In this document: one piece after another, positions 51,701-60,522 of the stretch | Layout: every line of letters begins with the position of its first letter | Numbering within the stretch: the first letter of the stretch is position 1 | NCBI GenBank assembly: GCA_943704425.1 | Contig: CALSCP010001329.1 | Location: 27,755 to 91,754, forward strand | Direction of reading: 5' to 3' | Length of the DNA stretch: 64,000 nt | DNA from: Ministeria vibrans ATCC 50519 | Taxonomy: Eukaryota > Protista > Filasterea | The notes under the pieces: model-generated | Database searches by the model: none | What the model saw: only the letters and a program-made list of their open reading frames with translations | What the model was told of the DNA's origin: nothing | Made by a program: the position numbers and the translations under genes

Positions 51701-54700
51701 AGGAGTCGGCGTTGAGCGCACGCCGCACATCGTCGAGAGCAACGGGATGCTGAGCGCAAATGGACGTGACAACACGAAGAAGGGCGTGAGGGACAACACT
51801 CGTACTCGAGCTGACTGCTGCGCGCACAAGGTCAGATAGATGGCATGTGGCACTGGTCGAGTCAAGGTAGACTGTCTTGAGGCTGCTAACGGCACGCGAG
51901 TCGGTGGCCGCCAGAGCAAGCGGACGTAGCAACAATCGTGACAGAGTGTCTGATGTTGCTGTTGAGGGATTTGCTTCTGCTGTCGATGTTGCTGCTATCG
52001 CCAAGTTGTCTTCATTCTTGGAGAGGGTGACAAGCAGACGATGGCTCGCTGAAAGGCAATGAGAAAATCGTGTGCGTACGGCAGCGGGTTCGCTGGAGCC
52101 CGCAGTGAAGACACCGAAGAGATGAGACGAGGCAAATAGAAGGCACTCGTTCGCGTAGAGGGGCAGCAGGGCGTTGCGCATGGTGTCGCCACCGCGGGCG
52201 CCCAACGACGAGCAGACGTTTAGACCACAGGTGAGGGCGCGGCGCAAGGTTTCAGTGAGGCCACCGTGGTGAGCACCGCTAAACTGGACGCTCAAAGCCG
52301 CCTGGAAGTACGCATTGCGACGCAAAGGATCGTTGCCAAACGCGTCAATGCCGCTCGGACGAACACGTTCGCCACCAAACAGTAACGACAAGTCTGACAC
52401 AATAGCGCTTGCCGTCGACTCTAACGGAGTGTGTGGCGGCGGCGGCGGTGGCGAGGGGCAGTAGGAGGTACAGGCAGTGCGCCATGGTGTACAATCAGGA
52501 GCCGGAACCGAGCTGGGGACAAGCGACCAGGCAACCTGCAAGGGCACACCTGCAGCGAGCGCCTCCTCAAAAATGTCAGTGAGGTGCACGGGGCAGTTAT
52601 CGGGGAGAATGGCTCGATGGATGGCACGTGTGAGAAAATGAAGCGTCTGAATGAGAGGCGGCACAAACACGGCAACAATGGAGCTGATGGAGTCGCCGTC
52701 AAGGTGAATCGCTTGTGCATTGGCGTACGCGAGACATGCGCCAACAATCGCCACGGCGCTGGTGGAAGGCGGGCATGCAGCAACAGTGGGAGTAGTGGTA
52801 GCGGACGCAGCGTCTATCGGTGCGGGGGGTGGGGGTGAGGAGGTGGTGCTAAGACTGGTGAGGGACGTGGCAAAGCCAAGATTGTCAAGTTGCTCGACAA
52901 CACCTGAGAGGAGCTGACCCACCAGACGCTGATGATCACTGAGCGAACGTGAAGCGAGTGTTTGTACAGCGGCGAGGGACTCGGCAAAGTTGGTGGTGGT
53001 AGTGTTCGCCGCCTCCGAGTACAATGCAATTGTTCTGTCACGCAGCAGGGGACGTTCGCGTATCTCGGATTGTTCGGCGCCGCCGCCGAATGAGACATCG
53101 GGGCGAACACACATAAACTGCGAGGCGAGCCACATCATGTGAAGCGATGCGGCGAGACCCGCCGAGAGGGCCATTGCAGGCATGGTGATTTCGTTGAGAG
53201 CGACCAAGACAGAGTGAGGAGGGGGCAACACAGCGAGGACATCCATGGCGGCGGCCAACAGTAGCGAACAGGAGGCTTCCCGGCGAGTGGTGAGCGTTGA
53301 TGGATTGCCGGCGATAAGGCTTGCGAGGGACACATCGGACGAGGTGGAAGTGGCATTAGTTGCGGTGCGTGTGTGCACATGGTCGGTACCACGCACGTAC
53401 AGCTTCAGGAGCGCACCGTACAGCTGTTCGTAGGCACTGGAATCGAGAGCGCTCAACAACGAGCCAATGCTGAGGGTGTGTTGGTGGGTCGAGGCGAGCG
53501 ACAGGTCGAGGAAGTCGAGCGGAAAGAGGATGGTGTCCGACAGGAGAGTGGTGGAGGAGACACGCAGCGGTAGGAGAGATGATATGCGTGAGTACCAGTG
53601 ACTATCCGGCGTTGTCGAGGGGGAGACTGAGGGGGAACACCCAAGGAGACTGGCCCGAAATTTGGCAATGAGCGAGGCAGGCGTGTCGCTTGAAGGTAGC
53701 TCGGCCACACGCAAATGTTGAATGAGGTGCAAGAACAACTGAAGGCATCGCGCGGTGAGGAGCACATGGTGTGGAGCGGGATTGGTTGCGTTCGAAAGAA
53801 TGTCGACCAATTGACAGACGATGTGATGTCGTTGGTCACTTGACAATTGATGATAGACGGTGAGAAGAATGAGGGCGTAGCGCTCGCCCGTGTCGGCATC
53901 TTCAAGAGAAAAAAGTGGTGCCATCTGATGGTCGTGGGCGGCACTGGTGCACAAAAAAGAATGGGTGGTGGCGAGAAAACGCTTCCAGGCGACAAAGGCG
54001 AGTGTGGTAGCGGACGATGACGACGACGACGACGATGGCGTTGAGGTACTCGTGGCAGATGAGGCGGGCAATTGGGCAAGTAGCACGCGGGCGAGGCAGG
54101 CAAGGGTGCCGTGCGCAATGACCACGGGCCAAAGTTGCGAGGAGACCTGGTCACCGTCGTCTAGCGCGACGCCTAATTGGCGCAGTAGCGACATATGCGA
54201 GGTTGACGGCAACGGTGTGGCCGAGGCGAGGAGTAAGGAGTTGAGGAGTGTTTCGAGTTGCAGCAAGATGCGAGCGGCGGGAGTGGCGCGTGTGTAGGCA
54301 GGCATCAAGATACTGTCGATGGCTTGTACAAGCGTAACGAGCGTAGCAATGGCCGAGTCGTCGCCAAGCGCGTGTAGGTGTTGTGGTTGGGTATTGAGAA
54401 GGGTGAGCAACTTGATGGATCGTTCGCAATAGCGCGCGTACAGCGTCATGTTTTGAATAGCGTTGTTGTTGTCGTCGTCGTTATTGCGAGATGTGATAGG
54501 TTGGTCCAGGATGACAGCCGGAGTAGGACTTGAAGAAGGTGATGCAACGGCGGGTTCGGGTGTGCCTGAGTCAAAGAGAGAGCCAAACATGCCTTGACCA
54601 TCATCACCGGCATCACCATCGTCACCTTGCACGACGGCCCTCGCGGGAGTCTCCACAGGTGGTGTTGCCTCGACAGGTGCCTTGTGATGAGGCACAGTTG

Positions 54701-57700
54701 TGGACGCATGCCAAGCGTTGACGCGCAACGTCTCATTGAGCGATGCTGCTTCGACAAGCGGCACAGTCGCGGCCATCAGTAGGTGACGAACAAACTTGTG
54801 ATGCGAGAAGGATTGAAGCCGTGAAGTGAGCAGAGAAACCGATACAGTAGACGGAAGCGGGTCCCATTGGGTCTGTTGGGTCCAGTCGATCGGCGGCGGG
54901 GTCTCTGAGACGGAAATAGATTCGCGACCCTTGAGTTTTGACAGCGACTCAAGCGCGTCGTTTGCCAGGCCGGCCGCAAATGAGTCCAGAAATATGTGCC
55001 TAATTAAGATAAAGGAAGGGAGGGAAGAACAAGATGGACGAGTTAGTTTCTCTTCATTTTTCAACATTACTCTTTCTCTTTCTCGCTCTTTCACTTTGTT
55101 TCTCTCTCACTCTTTTTACTCTCTATCATTTTGTTTTTTTTTTCTCTCCCCATCTCCTCTTCTCTTTCTCTTTCTCTCTCTATCACATTGTTTCTTTCTC
55201 CTCTCTCTCTATTATTTGTTTCTTTCTCCTCTCTCTCTCTCTAGTTTGTTATGTTTACTTGAGTGGAACTGTGTCAATGTGGAGAAGAAAGACATGCGCG
55301 AGGACGTCGACCAAAAAGCTGGCGTGTACTGTATCGCCCAGACCGCAACGAAGTAAGATCTTTTCGAGGTCTACTATGCACTAAAACCATGATGATAATA
55401 ATAAACAGACGATAAATTAACAATATATTTAATAATAATAATAATAATACCTGATGATCGCAAGGGCATGGAATGGATGCGGAGGCGATGAAATGGCGTA
55501 GACGGAGGCAGGCGATGGCGGCATCGTGCACAATGGTGGAAGGAGGTGAAGGCAAAAATGACCTTTCGAGAAGGGTGTGGGCTGTCGCAATGCAACGAGC
55601 GGACATGAGCAGCTCCGTGGATACACGCTGAATCGTTGCGGGAGTGCTTTCTGCGGGTGTGGAGCACGACGTGACGAGTTTCAAAAGACGCTCCACACCA
55701 TGGAGGTGGGTGGCAAAGCCGACATGAAGACGCGAACGCAACGAGAGTTTTTTCTCGTTCGAGTCAAGTTTCGGAGTGGGCGAGGCGAGAAGAGACTCGA
55801 CAACGCGCGAAAGGGATGAATCTGTGGCGAAGGGGTCCTTTGTCGGGTCCATCGATACTGTTGTCACCGTTGTCTTTGCCGCCGCCGACGACCCCGGCGA
55901 CGATGACGTTGCAGGTGACTGCAAGGGGAAGAGGGTGTTGAGGTCGCCGGGAAAGTCCTCGCGGCCAAGTCGTCGGCGCATTTGGACGTGCGTTCGCGAA
56001 GTGTCAACAGTGAGACACATTTCGAGCGCAGTCAGCAAAGACTCCTGAAAAGAAAACGGACAGGAGAGGGAGAGAGAGAGAGAGAGAGAGAGACAAGGAA
56101 CACACAGAGGTGAGTGAGTGGGTGTTGAGAGCGGTGACGTGAAGAGTCAACTTACGAATACAGGGCTTTCAAGTGACTGCTCGCGCGAAGCGAACCGCCG
56201 CTCAATATGATGCAACGCGTACTCGAGGATGTCGAGGACGCTGTCGAGGACGCTGTCCACAACTAACAATACCAAAGAAGGGCAAACATCAGAGAGAAAG
56301 AGAGAAGCGGAAAGGCGGAAGAAGCGCGAAAAAAAGAAGAAAAAAAAAACGAATACGGTCGAACGAATGGGAAAGTATCGACAGAATCAGAGGGAGGGTG
56401 CGCACGAGCATCGTGGCAGGCACAAGGCAGCAGACGGGCCACGAAGAGATGGCGCAGGGCGACGACGCGACAAGGGAATGAGAGCGCAGAGTTCTTTTTT
56501 CTTGTGCGTCTGCGGCTGACCTTGGCAATCCCAGGCATCGCCGCGCGCCGAGAAGCTCGACGCGGCGATCTTGACCAGGTGGGCCATGTAGACACTGGAT
56601 GCATCGTCGTCGGTGAGAAGAAGTCCCTGTCTCAGACGGACACTACAAGGAGAGAGAGATGGAGAGAGAGGGGAGAGATAGACACGACAAAAAAGACACA
56701 AGTCAGCATTTTTTTTTCGTTTTTTTTTTTTTTTTTTTTTTTTTTGTAGCGTACGTCGGGTGCTTTTTGGACGTTGGAGAGCGTCGCGACCTGTGGATTG
56801 AAAAGCATGGGCACAAGAAGCACACACCTACGACGTGCGTTGAGGAATGCAAACAGGCGGGCTATCGGTTTGCGGCTGTGCAGAATGGCGGCACTGACTG
56901 CTGGTGTGGGATGAAGTACGGTCTGTATGGCAGTGCGGGAGCCATCTGTGACAGGGCGTGTACCGCGGACAAGACACAAATGTGTGGCGGTTACCTTGCC
57001 AACGATGTTTTCATGACTGGTGTCGACATGGCTACGCCCAAGGGTCGAGTGGGTTGCTACAAGTCGGCAACGGACCCCTTGGCGGAGTTGAGTGCGCAGC
57101 AGTCGGCTGAAGTCCTGTACACACCTGTAACGTGCCCGGTGGCGTGTGGTCGTGCTGGTTTCAAGTATGCGGCTCTTCGCGAGGGCTCCAAGTGCTTTTG
57201 TGGCAACACGTATGGTGCGGCGGGCACTGCGGGTGCGCTGTGCAACTTGCCGTGCGCAGTGGACCAGTCCTATGTGTGTGGTGGCGCCACGAGTTGGGAT
57301 GTGTACCAGGCGACCAGTGAGACGCCTTCTGTGCCTGCCGGTGCCTTTGCTATGCCGATGCCGCTGGAGCACACTTGGCACGTGGACACTAATGGTGATT
57401 TTCGTCTCGTTTGAGAAGTGAGAGGAGAGAAGAGAGAAGAGGAGAGGGAAAGTGTCATTGAGGAATGAACTGAACTTAATCATTCATAAAATATTTTCAA
57501 AATAATCACAATTTTATTTTGATATTCATCAACCCTCATCAAAAGAAATGTCTGGATACCAAACTGTCGAATCGGGCTCGCCCAACACCCTTGAATACAA
57601 GGTTTACTTCAGTAAGAAAAGCGACTCTGCTCTTTTACCCTGGGTTCTCTGCTCTTCTATTTGTGGGCTGAGTTTCGTGCGAATCACGTGCAGGGCCAAG

Positions 57701-60403
57701 CGGCTCCTCTCTCCCCTCTCCTAGTTTGGTTTTCATGTGTTCACAGCCAATGGTGTGTGGTTCGTCGAGACAATTGGGTGTTGTGGGGAAAGGGATGCGT
57801 TTCGTTGAGGATGGCGATGATTTTTGCTAAACACTTTCGTTGTTGCATGTAGAGGATGCCTCTGGCGCACTTGTGAGTCCCTTTTATGATATTCCTCTGT
57901 TTGCCGTGCATCGTGGAAGCTCAATTGGTCTGGTTTCACGACTGCAATCTGAGAGCGGTCGCTGCTGCACACGACAAGCCACGCGAACACACCCTTACAC
58001 TCGGTTGGCGGGGTGTACGACGTCACCAGCTCGCGTGTCGCCATGTCCCACAGTGCAAGGTCACCGTCGGCAGCAAGCGAGACAACGGCAAGATCATCAC
58101 CGGGAATCGTAACCACCCACACCACGCCGCGCTTGTGATGCGCAAGCTTGCACAGCAGCGGTGTATTCGGTGGCTCAAGGCACGGCGGCTGTGCCCACGC
58201 AAGCGACATCCACAGCGGGATCGACTCGGCTGCCCGCTCAATCGAAGACATCAGACGCGCCACAACGTTGTTCTGCGCCTCGAGACCGCGCAAGCGGCCG
58301 TGTAGTTGGCGAGCAAGCGAGTGCCCGTTGTCAAGGTCGTTGCGCGACAGCCGCAGCGTCTTGACGAGAATCTCCAGGTCGGTGTTGACGTGAGCTGCTC
58401 CATAGGCCACATTGGCATCTTCGAGTGTGGACAGTGACACGTCGAGGCAGCGGCTCCACCACGCAAACTCGACGAGCAGCTCTTCGGCGTCATTCGTACG
58501 CTCGGCGCTCACCAGATGGTACACGTAGTGCTCGTAGAAGTAGTCGTCGTCCTCCGTCTCCCACAGGTCGCCCGTCGTACTCGCTTCGTACGCCGACAGC
58601 AGCTTGACGTGGCGCTGGCGGACATTATCGCAATAGAATGCGGCAAAGTCGTGTTGAAGATCATGCAGGAATACGGCTGAGCCGTCGGCATTCTCACGCA
58701 AAAGAGACCGACCGACGAGTTCGTCGACGACGCGGCGACCAAGGCGAAGACGAGTGCAGAGCTCCTCCTCGCTCCAGAGCATGTCGAGTGTGTCGCGTGG
58801 AATGGCGCCGCCACGCGAGAACACGGCGAGGTCGAGATAGCACTCTGCCAGGCCCGGCTCGTCGTCGAGGCTGAGCTTGATCGTGCTGTAGAGCGATACG
58901 TGTTGCTCATCCTCGATGGCCTCACCCCAAGCAAGCTTAGCATTGACCAAGTCCTTCTCGTAGTTGATCCACTGGAGATCGCGATGTCCGCGGAGCTGGG
59001 CGCCAACAATGCCGAGGGCGAGGGGAAGCCGGCCAACGGCCTCGATAATACTTGTGGCGATGCGTGGAAGCACGTCGAGCTCGGCCACACGCCGCAGCAT
59101 ATCTTCGGCGAGTTCAGGTGTAGGGACTTCGAGGGATAGACGGAACGTCTTGGGGAGGAACGAGTCGGAAATACGCGTTGTGACCAGAAGCGCACGACCA
59201 GGTGCGGCGGTCCAGTGGCGCTGCAATGTTTTCACATCGGCACAGTCGCCCGACCAGACGTTGTCAAGGACGAGCAGGGCAGGCGTTGATTCCGCGTATT
59301 TGCACAGCCAACGGCACATATCGTCGACCGACTGCATGGCTTCATCCGGCGCCTGCGTAGGAGCGCCGAAAAAGGACGCGAGCGTGGCGAGGGTGTGGAT
59401 GAACGGCTGTTGTTGCGGATCGTCGCGTCGCTTCAGAAGCCAGGCAACGCGCGTCTCTGTAAAATGTTCACTGACGCGCAGGTCTTGCGCAACGGCGGAC
59501 GCCAGTACCGACTTGCCGGTACCGCCCATGCCGGTGATGACAACAGTCTTGCCGCTGGTGCCGGTGTCAGTGAGCATTTCACTGACAATCATGTCCGTCT
59601 CCATGGCACGCGACGCGTAGTGGCTAAGTGGCGGTGGCAGCTCAAAGTCACAAATGCGCGGCGTCGCCTTGGCCTCGAGCTCGTCGACCTTTGCGACCAG
59701 TGCCGTGATGTATTGTAGGATTTCTTTGCTCAGCGGCGGGGGCGAGTCGATGAGCTCTTGAAATTCGCCCAGTACGTCGCAGTTCGCAGGAAGCGCCCGG
59801 TCGAGGAGCTCCCGGAGGTTGTCGGTGAACTTGTCGAGTGTCGCCTGGGACAGCCGCTTGTTTTTGTGCTTGTGGATCCACTTGTTTCGATCGTCAAGTG
59901 CTCTCCGGAGCCACTTGTCGAGGACACGCGGCGCGTCAGCAGCGTTGAGGAGAAAGTTGAAGACAAACGTCTCGTCGCCGTCGGCGGCGGCGTGCACGGA
60001 TGATTTGGTATTCGGAGCAAGAGCACTCGCAAGGGACCACGACAGCTGACTCTCGTCGGTCGCCCATGCGGCCGGGTCGACGTTGAGCAGGCTAGCGGAG
60101 GACGCGCGATTTGTTTTCGCTTTTTTCAACGCCGTCTCCCAGTGCTTCGCGGCGTGTTTTTTTTTTTTTTTTTNNNNNNNNNTTTTTTTTCGCGAAGAAA
60201 ATCAAGTGAGAGGAAATGGGTAGGGAGGAGTTACACGGGGAACAGGAAGATAGTTTAAGTAGGGAAAGAGATGGTAGAGGAACGAGAGAGCTGTTGCAGA
60301 AACGAAAAAAAAAGCATTTCGTCTACCTGAGAGCCGACGCCAAGAGACAATAGTGGTCATGTTCCGCGCACCCATCCGCGAACGCAACAGCCACTTTCTG
60401 CAT
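38727..60403 (-). CDS. UBR4: E3 ubiquitin ligase UBR4/BIG/p600 (model of 5764 aa)
   Basis: Model exons 60403-60327, 56642-56521, 56262-56156, 56044-55451, 55380-55259, 54999-38727; all GT-AG, phases consistent, total 17295 nt. UBR box (CTF...WYYCYTC...CCSVCVQVCHAGHD...FFCDCG), CPRC...CRECRNINY...CNECG, and C-terminal hemi-RING CMICREGY...HFHLVHANCH. Exon 1 assignment is inferred. Confidence 0.9.
56750..57414 (+). pseudogene. Terminal exon of a tandem WSC-domain protein; no upstream exon or start in the window
   Basis: Two WSC domains (YVGCF...C...C...GY.FAAVQNG..CWCG...C...C....CGG; VGCY...CFCGN...CGG) after a (T)26GTAG acceptor. Upstream DNA is the antisense of a UBR4 intron end. Confidence 0.75.
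57548..57905 (+). pseudogene. PPA1: 5' fragment of family I inorganic pyrophosphatase (exon 1, intron, start of exon 2)
   Basis: MSGYQTVESGSPNTLEYKVYF, intron 57612-57852, then KDASGALVSPFYDIPLFA; matches the IPP1 N-terminus (NTLEYKVY...SAFHDIPLYA). The expected NMVVEIPRW continuation is absent. Confidence 0.85.
57733..60156 (-). CDS. Truncated STAND NTPase / NLR-like protein: HEPN-like, NB-ARC, APAF1-like helical region, WD40
   Basis: Intronless ORF with Walker A GMGGTGKS, Walker B LLVLDNVW, LLVTTR, GRLPLAL, MHD-like LHDLQHD, WD40 (HHKRGV..V...DGDLALWD), and RNKWIH near the N-terminus. Cut at 5' by poly-A/N-gap; the last ~57 codons are antisense PPase sequence. Confidence 0.85.
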   Translation of the reverse strand, partial: HAAKHWETALKKAKTNRASSASLLNVDPAAWATDESQLSWSLASALAPNTKSSVHAAADGDETFVFNFLLNAADAPRVLDKWLRRALDDRNKWIHKHKNKRLSQATLDKFTDNLRELLDRALPANCDVLGEFQELIDSPPPLSKEILQYITALVAKVDELEAKATPRICDFELPPPLSHYASRAMETDMIVSEMLTDTGTSGKTVVITGMGGTGKSVLASAVAQDLRVSEHFTETRVAWLLKRRDDPQQQPFIHTLATLASFFGAPTQAPDEAMQSVDDMCRWLCKYAESTPALLVLDNVWSGDCADVKTLQRHWTAAPGRALLVTTRISDSFLPKTFRLSLEVPTPELAEDMLRRVAELDVLPRIATSIIEAVGRLPLALGIVGAQLRGHRDLQWINYEKDLVNAKLAWGEAIEDEQHVSLYSTIKLSLDDEPGLAECYLDLAVFSRGGAIPRDTLDMLWSEEELCTRLRLGRRVVDELVGRSLLRENADGSAVFLHDLQHDFAAFYCDNVRQRHVKLLSAYEASTTGDLWETEDDDYFYEHYVYHLVSAERTNDAEELLVEFAWWSRCLDVSLSTLEDANVAYGAAHVNTDLEILVKTLRLSRNDLDNGHSLARQLHGRLRGLEAQNNVVARLMSSIERAAESIPLWMSLAWAQPPCLEPPNTPLLCKLAHHKRGVVWVVTIPGDDLAVVSLAADGDLALWDMATRELVTSYTPPTECKGVFAWLVVCSSDRSQIAVVKPDQLSFHDARQTEEYHKRDSQVRQRHPLHATTKVFSKNHRHPQRNASLSPQHPIVSTNHTPLAVNT

Positions 60404-60522
60404 ATGAAACAAGAAAAAAAAAATGGTTACAGGTTAACTTAACCATTGAAGAGTTCCGATGAGAAATGAGTCACTTATGAGTGACATTTTTCTTTCTCTC
60501 TATCTCTGCCTCCCTCCTGACC
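60404..60522. promoter_or_regulatory. Putative 119 bp bidirectional promoter for UBR4 and RPC4, with TGAGTCA and inverted repeats
   Basis: Divergent ATGs at 60403 (-) and 60523 (+); TGAGTCA at 60467; GTCACT-tatg-AGTGAC and ATGGTTA...TAACCAT inverted repeats. Confidence 0.55.

Larger units (their letters stand above)
56709..60192. mobile_element. Putative chimeric insertion in UBR4 intron 1, bounded by poly-T and duplicated T8CG (or assembly chimera)
   Basis: T9CG at 56709-56719, then T26; at the right end T17, N-gap, then T8CG at 60183-60192. Removing the block restores an ordinary ~220 nt intron. No transposase or reverse transcriptase seen. Confidence 0.4.

Noticed and set aside
38727-55094. 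Many alternative-frame and antisense ORFs inside UBR4 and other long exons
   Set aside because: Expected shadow ORFs in GC-rich coding DNA; no domain signatures.
56643-56750. Back-to-back splice acceptors on opposite strands, suggesting spliced-leader trans-splicing
   Set aside because: A phase-compatible cis exon 1 for UBR4 exists at 60403-60327, and the other genes have ordinary first exons. An insertion or mis-join explains the pattern better.
56632-57483. 283 aa minus-strand ORF overlapping the WSC exon
   Set aside because: Antisense shadow with no recognisable domain; the plus frame carries the WSC Cys pattern.
56709-60192. Assignment of the block to Helitron, MULE or LINE
   Set aside because: No TC...CTRR termini with hairpin, no terminal inverted repeats, and no RT or transposase coding sequence found.
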